Source: Candidatus Woesearchaeota archaeon
GTDB lineage: Archaea; Nanobdellota; Nanobdellia; Woesearchaeales; GW2011-AR9
Length of the DNA stretch: 64,000 nucleotides
Assembly: GCA_041665465.1 (NCBI GenBank)
Contig: JBAYIU010000001.1
Location: forward strand, 1,406,260 to 1,470,259
Direction of reading: 5' to 3'
Made by a program: the position numbers and the translations under genes
Notes under the pieces: model-generated
Told to the model about the DNA's origin: nothing
The model's database searches: none
Seen by the model: only the letters and a program-made list of their open reading frames with translations
Part shown: one piece after another, positions 14,001 to 20,448 of the stretch
Numbering within the stretch: position 1 is the stretch's first letter
Layout: the number at the start of each line of letters is the position of its first letter

Positions 14001-15179
14001 TCTGCATCTCAATTAAGTTATACCCTCTATCGTAACAATGTATCTACCCCTAACCCTGAAATTCTTTCCAATCTGTCTTACGGGACCAATTACACTTACC
14101 TCTTTAACACCAGCGGAAATGCCAATTACAGTGCTTCCTCGGTGTCTTACCAATTAGAAGTATTGTTGGGAGCGACTCAAGAATTAACCAATTCAACTGA
14201 TATTACTGTTACTAATACTACTACCGAAATTGTAATTCAGAATTCTAGTTTATCTCAAGTACGACTAAATTCTAGTATCGCTAGTACTACTCAAGTAAAT
14301 CTTTCTTTAGGTTTACTGATGGATCAGTCTACTGGAACTTTCAGTCTAGGAGAAAATAACTTCACCATGACTAGGGAAGTCTCTGGAGTGAACTATACTG
14401 TAGATATCCCGGCTAATACTAACTTGACTGGTGGAAGTGCTTGGGATGGTAAGTTTACTTTGCCCACTTTACCTGCTACTAGCGGATTTACTGCACCTTC
14501 TGGCAGTGTTAATTTAGTGATTGAAGTTGGTTCTACGGTGGAGATTAATCTCTCCGCTCCGGCAAAAATCGTTTTAAATGGAATGTCTGGAAAATCTGCA
14601 GGATGGTCCAGAAGTGGTACTATCACTGAGATAACCACTGTTTGTGATAATGCTACCTTGCCTACCAACATTAATACTACTAGTCCTAGAATCTGTTCTG
14701 TTGATAGTGGTAGTGATCTAATCGTTTGGACTTATCATTTCACTAACTTTGCTGCTTACACTCCCAGCGACGGATCTTCTAGTAGTTCTAGTAGCGGTGG
14801 AGGAAGTAGTAGTAGCAGCAGCACTCCCTCTTCTGCCCCAACAGAATACGCTACCGAGAACCCTGCTCCTAAATTGCCTTCAGTAACTAAAGCACCAACA
14901 GTGACTGCTCCGGTTGAAGTGCCAGTGGAAAATCCCGTTACGACTGTTCCTGAGACTGTTCCGGTTGAAGAGAATAAAGCTTTAGCGGGAATGGCTATCT
15001 CTGATCAACTTCGTTCAATCTTAACCGATTGGAGTAATTTATGGATTGGGTTAGTGGTGGTGGCTTTAATCGTTCTATCTCTATATCCTGTATTTAAGAG
15101 AGTTAAAAATAATCGTAACCGGGAAGAGATGCGAGAAGAATTAAGACAACAAGCGGCTAAGAAAATCAAACAGAAATAA
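2082..15179 (+). CDS. Giant (4365 aa) modular cell-surface glycoprotein / adhesin
   Basis: Basic N-terminus plus TM helix. Three ~570-610-aa A modules with beta-helix-like cores, about six ~200-aa B modules, a DUF11-like domain and Ig-like repeats follow. It ends with a Ser/Pro/Thr linker, a C-terminal TM and a basic tail. N-x-S/T sequons are very dense. SD-like GAGG/AGGTG upstream. Confidence 0.9.
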   Translation: MKKKKKVVRKVHSKVRSKVGTQPSSPFLSVGLRGLATLLVIFGILFSLQLYSSESSLLKEGWTSLSQGFNGMGNLLTGAAVGVEEMQVQAGDCAGAYTGGNWTINSSVSCSNDVISVDGFVIIRNDSISPELVVNNFSLTTTGVYDLRGNSTNIVLAVPDLDSSTPSAYTNDWDANSGREFRIAMNESQNRIMVYVNNTDNSSFLYEFDLDDNPSTGGIVGAGDDFGIGYIGDFGGPLIGCYNSSDPQNNLILLSCDNSPLTCGNVDGYDGTFMGNFTVYCNNSGNAYEVVIDLTNASDGIWETKPVYALDPTDQSSPFYYTTFRNNSVLDSGINASGNLVLNNVTLNLENNFTISGGNLDIQKSNLTFRLTSNGSANFMISSGTAFANINHSAFTSNNSILRWKARITDGDYNLTNNVFSYVGYDNGDGIGYNYEVGFYFASPLGGLVYNNTFSNCGTIAEASCVSLVDGDGNSRNTGLNFSSNTIFSESAGLGTFYLSDYSNTSYTSGVFIGNNTFYGRFSVGGRNHIISGNYINKSLWLSSVEYNNTFINNEVRTELGFASINEQNTSYGSSIIIYSNGYGKMTWSGKDNIQMGLVSVDETFGLGNYFYVGNNLLGLNVGNGAGIDFSVLNTTASLEFYSLLWNNSVQLCVNNSGTLSGCVDCNSGNNCTYSNITGIMLANVTHFSNYSTNGSISVAESPAVTYLTNFTDTFTGTTINASRYTITQSGLNVSQSDKIIFNGSYEGATFFTNSFVDTNQSFVISINVAKFDQTEYVGILEDIGPLGGAPDDNEVGISIENDTTRILMCKLLKNDTGYFIEANGFTHPAETMQVNYTEGQLFSLNYSNIDGRYSCNYAGEMVSNTNSSAAGADFITFDAEAISQMNLQLDDLNFYYGTLVEEAPGSSYCGGAYTGGNWNINSSISCSNEAITVNGTLTVADNSVSANDVTNNFTSNSAANYNLRDNSTNIVLAVPDLDSSTPSAYTNDWDSNSSHEFRIAMNETQNRLIIFTNNTNNLDFAYSLNLDEGLSGGVFGPEYGDDFLVGYSGGPAIGCYNSSLLDLNVLPCDSSPVTCGNVSGYDSNYDGNFTVYCNNSGNAYEIVIDLANTGNGLWKNKPVYALDLNTSAFYYTTFRNSSILPVVAVGNLTLNNVTLNLQNNLTLSGGYLNIYDSNVTMMLTANNSANMDIRSSNVNLSGTTFSANNTNFKYIIAIQNGSYANNDFSDLALWVYPGTGGVFSNNVVSNCGGTPACIMAAIGYSNGFNFTGNNITATSGTAWATMVAGNNYTFSNNNIYGSASLFYGNVSVSNNLFNRSLSSTKEYGIDMIIFTNNIIFPGINSQLMGDWNDTLPDTFIYSNNYGKITWNLSNYTTPEPNPSSFGLGYNLYLNNNIVGVNAQLSLINFNTTASIEFYGLPWNNSVQLCNNISGTLSGCVDCNSGNNCTYSNITGIMLANVTHFSNYSTNGSTGVAEVGVSYCSGAYTGGNWNVSSSINCSNEVIPVNGIITVQDLSETAVTQFGASTGGIYDLRNNSTGVFDTDLSSSTPSAYTTDWDSDSNRVFKIAMNESSDTIQVYGSLPNVTALYSFDLDNNAATGTSVGGSGSSGMDLTFGYHADAGGVLMACYNSSVPGMYLTWFAASGSIVCGQTMDVGYDRNYTITFNSTASGGGNTFEFIINSTGSWTDKRVELMDGGNAYYYYTKFKTSGAVAGGRGNLTLNNVTLTLSGNLTINGILNVNRSFLYFGSNNTLFTSNIGASILINNSNVTSNGSIRYGIRSLGSDFTLENSYLNDLGAVVSSMTYPLKMEGTGGMIKNLSLGANQKMYGVQIAGSGISVLNSTFSGSANTINLLAGSYNNIIRGNNLSTGISYLNGGSSYNNLIAENTIAGVGNILIGQTSPAHLPYNNTYLNNNIQQVITTYVVNYTNYFIYNNSYGQIKWTKNNFSSSFGGNAVLVLDQTVFVRSNLLGVTPNMYMGNFNTTAELTFRNLLWNNSVQLCENVSGTLSGCVDCNSSNSCTYSNITGIMLANVTHFSNYSTNGSISVAGGLINNISVVKYAVNSTVNCDSNVTSYALFIINVTNNNAYNLTNIIVNDTPLCTNGLSLQQSLPIYTNFSSCNYASWTIANLGPGETYNITLNFSVSSSGNLTNTVQVWNATSQLVNTTGNITVTGSCGGESPGSNFLSNFVDTFDGATINTSVYNVTTVGNISISQNNKLVINGSSGYSFAATNSYVNVSNNFSVSVKVSKFDNTTYGILAGDPYSNFGVFISSFSGSSISSNFVRCNIAMNSSGYFLNVPNPGNTVPVSYVENATLTLNYHANNYTCDCTYGGQTISCGNESLPSTDYSILLFGGLISVSNLQFDDLNLTYNPVAAAETPAGPGLTIYNNGFFENFTSLNSTFYNNTLMIFSNPSIINGQLMMNKTTFEGTGQDYFYTTVDNVSTNSSWNISVWINLTNTTTNAQGSYLIEAGILIYNRTTYSSSLACEVGYGNGIGLILANYNNTHSSAPTYTSVSRSYGNLTYSYNNATGIFNCSLDDGTSVAGSTGSFGPGMGMGVVSQLSQIGAVAPNGSVTAYFDNFNYTYAVAATPAVTYLSNFTDDFAGTTLNTSRYTLDVGGTLGIAQNETVIVNGTDTGADSFAGTYTNLGVNTSRSFYVSVGVLNLTNTSAITSPNGYADVSLSLTDVGLDFLNFAVCKVRVKPTGIYLEDDNVQSVPISATNGTLVLSFNASNLNYTCAFAGDSLTSANLSGLGGNNSLDLVAEALNTSVWAEIDNLEFAYGVYSAPVETPAVTYLSNFTDSFTGVTINTSRYILDEGGNLSMAQNGTLVVNGTDSGFDSWEGVYTNLGVNTSDSFYISVDVNLTNTSAITNASGATRAYISLADVATELDFAMCVIYISPAEVALQDGEGGGHAMPLSITNGTLVMAFNVSSMNYSCQFAGQNLTHANLSSPSGNYSLFLESDALYTSTWAEMDNLEFAYGVYSAPVAETPAVTYLSNFNDTFDGATINTSRYTVISDGNTTLSQNNKVIINGTSGRPMMGMNSAVNISNNFSVSVKVSKFDNTTYSIMGADPYSSFGLYIGNFSNSSYDKGFVRCKLAMNSSGYFLNHPNSGNTVPVSYVENGTLTLTYYANNYSNSCNYDGKNVSGINESSSSGVYSIIMNAQPLSLINLQFDDLNLTYNPVAATPASDNSPNVTLANPENNYVNDSASRINITFECDATDDYQLVNVSLYLTNPANASFALNQTTNVGGTSNSTSWLVELGNGNYTWGCLAFDNASQSSFSTLNHSILINHTVSISDTTYPTVTLISPASSSYTNANNSTLPFVFGYQDSNDATANCTLYLNGVARGNNASTRNNTNTNLYSSTTFSEGSNSWYVNCTDAAGNTNGTSTWTFIADTINPTASINSINTQYSGQWTNTQTLSINATASDVNINYWNLSVYNSNSLITSNQTSGSNLNNLVTLSVSADGNYTVNLTVTDQVNNSNTSTFNLLVDTFAPTVNLTTPPTNVLVSLASITSTFNFTDASSSSANCTLYVGGIVKATNSSVLNYTNTVLTGSSLSEGNNSWYVNCTDLASNTGISEVRVIRVDTTTPSVSGASVNVSRAKSSTLVGINVTVTDTNLAWVKANGINMSASGSDMYNLSATASTLGCSEGTCTITIIANDSARNANSSVTTSYVVDDTAPALFSNSTSIATGSVYNASSTYYFNVTWNETGTISSPLLEFNSANYTMTTVGSGVYYYTFTDLATSTYSYKFIAIDDSGNSNETASYTYVVAQATPSITALLNGTAANLSVAYPNTVNASGSTDAGTLAIYRNGTSVTNGAASLLTVGSYRYDFNVTGNQNYTNASATLYATVTKGTPVLTYYLNGNTTNLSVVYPNTVNATASTTAGTLTIYRNETNVTSENGAATSLAVGYYQYDFNISGGENYTDTSTTLYANVTIGTPTLSLYLNGAENNMSVNYGTKVNVTGTGSASQLSYTLYRNNVSTPNPEILSNLSYGTNYTYLFNTSGNANYSASSVSYQLEVLLGATQELTNSTDITVTNTTTEIVIQNSSLSQVRLNSSIASTTQVNLSLGLLMDQSTGTFSLGENNFTMTREVSGVNYTVDIPANTNLTGGSAWDGKFTLPTLPATSGFTAPSGSVNLVIEVGSTVEINLSAPAKIVLNGMSGKSAGWSRSGTITEITTVCDNATLPTNINTTSPRICSVDSGSDLIVWTYHFTNFAAYTPSDGSSSSSSSGGGSSSSSSTPSSAPTEYATENPAPKLPSVTKAPTVTAPVEVPVENPVTTVPETVPVEENKALAGMAISDQLRSILTDWSNLWIGLVVVALIVLSLYPVFKRVKNNRNREEMREELRQQAAKKIKQK
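2350..8215 (+). repeat. Three A modules (CxGAYTGGNW ... NVTHFSNYSTNGS) at about 2350-4170, 4800-6490 and 6510-8215
   Basis: Shared start and end motifs. Identical DNA blocks: 2528-2602 = 4979-5053 (75 nt) and 4049-4117 = 6368-6436 (69 nt). Confidence 0.9.
8620..11635 (+). repeat. Tandem B modules (PAVTYLSNFxDxF...FDDLNLTY / DNLEFAY); one further copy at about 4185-4775
   Basis: Recurring ~200-aa units. The pairs 8620-9200/11050-11630 and 9847-10440/10447-11040 are closely related. Confidence 0.85.
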
Positions 15180-15182
15180 TGT

Positions 15183-16853
15183 TTATATCTTTTTAATCAT
15201 GTAAGGTCCTTCTAAGCGATACCCTAACTTTCTGTAATAATTACGAACACCTATTCCGGAAATAATTACCATTCTAGTCTTAGAATATTTTCTAGCTATC
15301 TCTTCTGCTGTTTTCATCAACTTTTTACCCCATCCTCGATGTTGGACGGTTCCTTCTTCTCCGATAGCGGTAGCTGTGCCATACACATGTAATTCTCTGA
15401 TTAATGCAGAATTCTTAGTAATCTCTTTTCTTAACAAAGTTGAAGGGAAACGCATTCTGATAAATCCAATTAGTAAATCATTCTTGATGTCTTCTGCAGA
15501 AATGAAGAACTCTTCTCCTTGAGAGGCATCATATTCATTTACTTTAATCTTAATATCTTTCCACGAAATCTTATGTCCTTTTGGTTCTCGGCAACGGATA
15601 CAACGACAATTTACAGGATAGGTCTGATGCAGATATTGACGTAGATTGGTCATCTTTACTCCCGCTACGATCTGGGTGGAAGGAATGTCTCGCTGGATGC
15701 GCATGATTCTACAATATTCCGGAACGTACTTCTTAAACTTAAAGATCATCTCTGCTGCATCTTCTGCAACTAATGGTTTAAACTTCCCTTGTTGATATTC
15801 CTTATATAATTTGGTTCCTTTAGCTACCATGCATGGATATATCTTCAACATATCAGGACGATAGTTTTGGTCAGAGAATAGTCTAATCATCCCTTTAAGA
15901 TCTTCCTCTTTACTTAATCCAGGAAGTCCAGGCATATAATGTCCTGCAACTTTAAATCCGAGATCTTTCAATATTTGGATAGATTGTTGAGTCTGTAAGG
16001 TGGTATGTCCGCGTTGAATCCGCTGAAGAGTCTTATCATATACACTTTGTATCCCTAACTCTACTCTGGTACAACCCAGACGAAGCATTTCATTGCCTTG
16101 AATTAATAGTCCATAATCCGGGCGAGTCTCAATACATAAAGCCACTGCTTTGATGGTTGAAGTCTCGTTTCTCTTTTGTTCTTTGATCAAAGAAGAACGT
16201 CCTTTCAGAGCTAACATCTTTTTCTTTACTCTTTTAATCCTGGTTGTATCATTAGGCGGTGCAGGAAGTTCAAAGAACTGTTTGAATTTAAGATAATTTA
16301 ATTCTCCTCGATAATAAAATTGTTGAGAGAAATCGTTCATGGCCTTGAATGCAAATTTAATAAACTTTTCTTGATATGGTTTAGGAAAACTTGGAAAGGT
16401 TCCACCCATAACTATCAGTTCTACTTTTTCGCAGTTGTGTCCCAACAAAATGTATTGTTCTAATCGGTTCATCACTTGCAGGTATGGATCATAATCATTA
16501 TGGATTCCGCGCATGGTAGCGGGTTCAGTTCCGGTATAGGATTGAGGAACGTTGCCGAAAGCACTTTTTACTCCTCCTGGACACATGATACATTTTCCGT
16601 GAGGACAAGGGAAAGGTTGGGTCATAATAGCGACGGGAGCTACTCCGGAAAGACTTCTTACTGGTTTACTTAGCAAGAAAGGTCTTAGTTTTACTGCTTC
16701 TTGTTTATTAGCATGTAGAAGAATCTGGATATTAGTGGGCACTTCTTTTAAATTATATTTTCTGGATAGGTCTCTCTTAATCTGATCGAACTCTTTTAGA
16801 GATAGGTTTCTTCTAAGTAGGATCTTAAGTAGTTCGGGGTAAAATTCAGACAT
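15183..16853 (-). CDS. elp3: Elp3 tRNA uridine(34) acetyltransferase (radical SAM + GNAT)
   Basis: CPHGKCIMCPGG, PQSYTG, IETRPD, ELGIQS, RELHVYG, QHRGWG, ISGIGVRNYY. The likely start is MSEFY at 16853. Confidence 0.96.
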   Translation of the reverse strand: MSEFYPELLKILLRRNLSLKEFDQIKRDLSRKYNLKEVPTNIQILLHANKQEAVKLRPFLLSKPVRSLSGVAPVAIMTQPFPCPHGKCIMCPGGVKSAFGNVPQSYTGTEPATMRGIHNDYDPYLQVMNRLEQYILLGHNCEKVELIVMGGTFPSFPKPYQEKFIKFAFKAMNDFSQQFYYRGELNYLKFKQFFELPAPPNDTTRIKRVKKKMLALKGRSSLIKEQKRNETSTIKAVALCIETRPDYGLLIQGNEMLRLGCTRVELGIQSVYDKTLQRIQRGHTTLQTQQSIQILKDLGFKVAGHYMPGLPGLSKEEDLKGMIRLFSDQNYRPDMLKIYPCMVAKGTKLYKEYQQGKFKPLVAEDAAEMIFKFKKYVPEYCRIMRIQRDIPSTQIVAGVKMTNLRQYLHQTYPVNCRCIRCREPKGHKISWKDIKIKVNEYDASQGEEFFISAEDIKNDLLIGFIRMRFPSTLLRKEITKNSALIRELHVYGTATAIGEEGTVQHRGWGKKLMKTAEEIARKYSKTRMVIISGIGVRNYYRKLGYRLEGPYMIKKI

Positions 16854-16939
16854 GAGTAGTAGAAAAGATAGTTTGAATAAAAGGTTTTCTGTGGTTAGAC
16901 AAAATTTCATAAATTTTTATAAAAAAGAGCCTCTTAAAT

Positions 16940-17635
16940 ATGCTTATGGATAAGGTTTATTATATTGAAGATTACTTTATGTCTGGTATTATCTCTTTCT
17001 TAAAGGGACAAGGGTTTGCTAAAATTAATTTTGTTCCTTTGAACATTCCTTCTGATCCAAGAGAAGCTTTCGGGAAGAAAGTCAATTTTGCCATAGAGGA
17101 AGAATCTGCAGTATTGATTTGGGGAGACGGTTCTTTTCATCAGGCTAGTTATTATTTTAGTCCTTCGCAACCGTATTGTAAATCGGTTGATGATGCTCAT
17201 CATGATTTTAAAGAATGTTATGAAAGTATTTCTTGTGCTAGTCATAATTTGGCCTTAATCAGAAATGATCCTCTTTTACAGGAATTAGAATTGTTAGGAG
17301 TAACTGAGGAAGATTCTCAACTTAATTCTTCTTCAAAAGTGAGGATTTGTTCCAGCTTAGGTTCAAACTTTTCTCGCAGATTAGTCCATAAGAGTATAGA
17401 TTTAGATGTGATTTTTGGGTATCCTTGTTCAGAAAGTTATGCTTCAGGAAGGTTTACTTTTCCAGCAGTAATGAGTGCGTTTGAAGAAATTCTTAGAAAT
17501 AATGACCTTAGTCGGTTAGATCTGGGTGGGTTAAGTAAATATGCTAAGGATAGTTTAATTCCTTTAATTCATAAGGGTTATGGGATGAGGGAATATCGAG
17601 ACCTGCTTACCTTATTTTTCGACTATCGTCATTAG
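16940..17635 (+). CDS. Divergent arginase/ureohydrolase-fold protein
   Basis: Metal-site-like motifs GDGSFH, DAHHD and SIDLD occur in the order found in the arginase family. Confidence 0.55.
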   Translation: MLMDKVYYIEDYFMSGIISFLKGQGFAKINFVPLNIPSDPREAFGKKVNFAIEEESAVLIWGDGSFHQASYYFSPSQPYCKSVDDAHHDFKECYESISCASHNLALIRNDPLLQELELLGVTEEDSQLNSSSKVRICSSLGSNFSRRLVHKSIDLDVIFGYPCSESYASGRFTFPAVMSAFEEILRNNDLSRLDLGGLSKYAKDSLIPLIHKGYGMREYRDLLTLFFDYRH

Positions 17636-17694
17636 TGCTGGGTATTCAAACCATACCGTAATATTTATAAATAAACTGTGGAATTAAAGTTAAC

Positions 17695-17988
17695 ATGGCA
17701 AACAGAGTAGGTTCATTTTTAAGAAAGACTAGGCAAAAGATGCGCTTAGGTTACAAGGAAAAGGGAAAAATCTCTTTAAGTAAATACTTCCAAGAATTCA
17801 AAGAAGGCGAAAAAGTTGCTTTAAAGAATCATTCTTGCGTATTAAAAGGACGCTTCTTCCCTCGTTTTCAAGGCATCACTGGAACTATCGCTGAGAAAAG
17901 AGGTAGCTGTTATGCTGTGGTCTTTCATGATCACGATAAACTGAAGAAAGTGTTCGTTCATCCTATTCATCTAAAAAAACAGGAGTAA
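17695..17988 (+). CDS. rpl21e: 50S ribosomal protein L21e
   Basis: RKTRQKM, KGRFFPRFQGITG, VHPIHLK; conserved synteny with rpoF and DUF655. Confidence 0.95.
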   Translation: MANRVGSFLRKTRQKMRLGYKEKGKISLSKYFQEFKEGEKVALKNHSCVLKGRFFPRFQGITGTIAEKRGSCYAVVFHDHDKLKKVFVHPIHLKKQE

Positions 17989-17994
17989 ATTCAT

Positions 17995-18345
17995 ATGCCT
18001 AACCCCCAATTAGTAGAACAAAAATCTTTATCTTTAAGTGAGGTAAAAGTAATCTTACAAGATGCTGAGAAAAGGGATGGTCAACTAAATTATCTTTCTA
18101 CTAAATCCAAAGAGTACTTAGAGACTTTTATTCCTTTATCCCCTGCTAAGAGAGAAGACTTGATTAAGAAGTTGGGAGAACTAGGAGTAACTAGGTTAAG
18201 GGACGAGATTGTAGCTAAAATTGCTGATTTCTTACCAAAAACCGCTAATGATCTTAAAGTAGTATTACAGGCTTACACCATGACTCTGTCTAAGAAGGAT
18301 CAGGACAGTATCTTAGAAGTAGTTGCCAAGTTTGTTAAAGAATAA
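17995..18345 (+). CDS. rpoF: RNA polymerase subunit F (Rpo4)
   Basis: LSEVKxIL, LNYLSTKSKEYL, KIADFLPKTANDLKVVL; sits directly after rpl21e. Confidence 0.88.
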   Translation: MPNPQLVEQKSLSLSEVKVILQDAEKRDGQLNYLSTKSKEYLETFIPLSPAKREDLIKKLGELGVTRLRDEIVAKIADFLPKTANDLKVVLQAYTMTLSKKDQDSILEVVAKFVKE

Positions 18346-18490
18346 GAAAAATGAAAAAACATTTTTCAATTATAAATAAAGGTAAAATACTTTATTTAAA
18401 ATAAGAAAAAGGGGGAAAAGGTATTCTATAGCTAAATATAGGTTTAGAAAGCGCAATTTTTATTAATCCCAACAGAATACTTATCTATAT

Positions 18491-19051
18491 ATGGACCAAA
18501 ATAAACCGATTGAACGAGAAGAGAAGGCTATTGTGCTTGATTATCTAGAGCATGGATACCCATTTGATGATGGGGCTATGAAGACACCTATAGTACAAGC
18601 TCTTGGTTTAGTTCATCTTACTGTTCTTGAACTTATCCCAAAAAGAGGAATCGCTCTACAGCCGTTGCAGGAAGTGTACATTGGCGAAGGTAGACGGGAT
18701 GAGATTCATCATATTAAAGGCAGAATCGGGGTTGAGAAGCTTACGGGTACAGCCAGAAATGAACTCCCTCATGCCATAGAAGCCGTGATTGATATGGACG
18801 AGAAGCGTTTTGTTGAATTCTTCAATAAAGCTCAGCCCTTAAGTATGAGAATGCACCAACTAGAATTAATTCCCGGATTTGGAAAGAAACATATGTGGGA
18901 AGTATTAGAAGCTAGAAAAGTTAAACCTTTTGAGAGTTTGGAAGACTTGAAAGAAAGGGTTAAACTATTACCTGATCCCAAAGCAGCAGTGGTTAAAAGA
19001 ATCGTTTCTGAGCTAGAGGGTAAAGAGAAGTATCATCTGTTTACTAGTTAG
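18491..19051 (+). CDS. DUF655 RNA-binding protein
   Basis: IVLDYL, FFNKAQPLSMRMHQLELIPGFGKK, PFESLEDLKERV. Confidence 0.92.
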   Translation: MDQNKPIEREEKAIVLDYLEHGYPFDDGAMKTPIVQALGLVHLTVLELIPKRGIALQPLQEVYIGEGRRDEIHHIKGRIGVEKLTGTARNELPHAIEAVIDMDEKRFVEFFNKAQPLSMRMHQLELIPGFGKKHMWEVLEARKVKPFESLEDLKERVKLLPDPKAAVVKRIVSELEGKEKYHLFTS

Positions 19052-19120
19052 TTATTTCTTTTATTATAGAAATGTTTATATCTTTCACTTTTTTAATGTC
19101 TCAATACAGAGGTGATTAAT

Positions 19121-19297
19121 ATGGTAAGAACAGCATCTGGTGTTGTAAAAAGCGTTTTAACACATGGTTCAGATAATTATATGGTTGTAGTCGAGATAGT
19201 TGGTGGAGGAACGCTTTCAATCGATTGCGACATGGAAGCCTATTCTAAATTAGTAGGGATTAGGAAAGGAACTAAAATTGAAATATTGTTAAGTTAA
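19121..19297 (+). CDS. Small hypothetical protein (beta-rich, possibly OB-fold)
   Basis: SD GAGGTGA before the ATG at 19121; TATA-like TTTATAT upstream. Confidence 0.55.
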   Translation: MVRTASGVVKSVLTHGSDNYMVVVEIVGGGTLSIDCDMEAYSKLVGIRKGTKIEILLS

Positions 19298-19314
19298 TCT
19301 TAACGATTATTTTT

Positions 19315-19395
19315 TCATTTCTTTGCTATTTTCCAGAATGTCTCAAAATACTTCTTAAATGACTTAGTCGCTTCTTCGTTTTCTAACAGAAATAA
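19315..19395 (-). pseudogene. C-terminal relic of a TrmB-family regulator
   Basis: Translates as LFLLENEEATKSFKKYFETFWKIAKK*, resembling the end of the 39866-40597 protein (ADNYRKYFEYLWKSIK). No start codon. Confidence 0.6.
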
Positions 19396-19396
19396 C

Positions 19397-19795
19397 TTAC
19401 CACCAGAACTGCCACTTCTGATCCTTCTTCTTTTCCTTTACTAGATCATGCATGCCTGCTTTTTCTGCTTCACGCAATAAATGTCGAGCAACTCTTTTAA
19501 TCCTTAGTCCATCAATATCTACATCATTCTGATGGTCTTCATACTGAAACAACAATTTATCCATAAGTTTAGCTTGAGCATCAATATTAATCTGGACCAC
19601 TCCTTGGGTAGCCACTTGACGTTCTCTTTCTAACTCTTCTAAATCTCCCAGTTGTTTCAGAAGTAGTTCTGTATCTTTCTTAGATTGGATTAAAGATTCA
19701 GCAATAGCTTGAATGTCAGTAAGTGCATCCACCTGCTTTTCGTGATGTTCTTTCTTAAACAGCTTCTTCCACCAACTCTTTTCGTACAAAGGCAT
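19397..19795 (-). CDS. Hypothetical coiled-coil protein
   Basis: Clean ORF with a TATA element upstream; helical heptad composition. Confidence 0.75.
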   Translation of the reverse strand: MPLYEKSWWKKLFKKEHHEKQVDALTDIQAIAESLIQSKKDTELLLKQLGDLEELERERQVATQGVVQINIDAQAKLMDKLLFQYEDHQNDVDIDGLRIKRVARHLLREAEKAGMHDLVKEKKKDQKWQFWW

Positions 19796-19862
19796 AATAA
19801 GGAGTAAAATTTACGGGATTATAAAGGTTTTTGTTGATTTCGCGGTTGTTTAACTTAAATCT

Positions 19863-20204
19863 CTAAAACTCTTCTTCACCTAAACTAAGAAGAACATTCT
19901 TTATCTCAGAAATCACTTTCTGTTGGTCTTTCTTCTCAGACATTCTTACAAACTTAATCAACAAGTTTTTGAGTTCTTCAGATTTAAGGAACTTTAATTT
20001 ATACCCATCAGTTATGAAGTAGAATCGGAACTTTTCGTATCTCATTTCTTTAAGGAGAATCTTTCCAACATGGCACAACTCCTTCCCTTTGTAGGGGTTT
20101 TCTTCTAATGTTTCTAACAAATCAAGAATCTTGTTTCCTTCAGCCTCACTAAATTTCTTTTTAATCTCTTCCACAAAATAATCAGTAAAGAGTACCTGAA
20201 CCAT
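19863..20204 (-). CDS. RelE/ParE-like toxin
   Basis: MVQVLFTDYF...LEENPYKG...EMRYEKFRFYF pattern; begins 2 nt after the antitoxin stop codon. Confidence 0.7.
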   Translation of the reverse strand: MVQVLFTDYFVEEIKKKFSEAEGNKILDLLETLEENPYKGKELCHVGKILLKEMRYEKFRFYFITDGYKLKFLKSEELKNLLIKFVRMSEKKDQQKVISEIKNVLLSLGEEEF

Positions 20205-20206
20205 AA

Positions 20207-20398
20207 TTATTTCTTCAACTTGGCTCTGGCCTCTTTTACAGTAAGACAGTTAGTCGTATCCATAAGTAATTCTTGCAGCTGCCTCTCTTTAGCTGAATTA
20301 AGCAGCCTTGAAAGTACTTCATCATAAGTTTCTCCCTTAATCCCAAACTCTTTGATCTGATCTCGAACCTCTTCTGAAATGGCAATGGTGGTAGTCAT
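20207..20398 (-). CDS. RHH-type antitoxin
   Basis: MTTTIAISEEVRDQIKEFG-KGETYDEVLSRLL ribbon-helix-helix pattern; SD AGGTGA before the ATG at 20398. Confidence 0.8.
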   Translation of the reverse strand: MTTTIAISEEVRDQIKEFGIKGETYDEVLSRLLNSAKERQLQELLMDTTNCLTVKEARAKLKK

Positions 20399-20407
20399 AA
20401 TTTTCAC

Positions 20408-20448
20408 CTATAACGGTTATAATTAGTATAATGACTATAATGGTTATA
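20408..20448. promoter_or_regulatory. Paired palindromic operator of the TA promoter
   Basis: CTATAACGGTTATA (20408-20421) and CTATAATGGTTATA (20435-20448). The second copy overlaps the minus-strand TATA box. Confidence 0.7.

Noticed and set aside
6444..14671. Antisense ORFs inside the giant gene (and similar antisense ORFs inside other long genes)
   Set aside because: They lie fully opposite well-supported genes and have no motifs or start signals.
14770..14835. AGT/AGC microsatellite as a phase-variation tract
   Set aside because: It is a mixed-codon, in-frame poly-Ser/Gly linker.
18346..18490. AT-rich gap with a G-string as an origin or small ORF
   Set aside because: There is no TCCA-N-TGGA core or repeat, and the 17-codon ORF has no supporting features.
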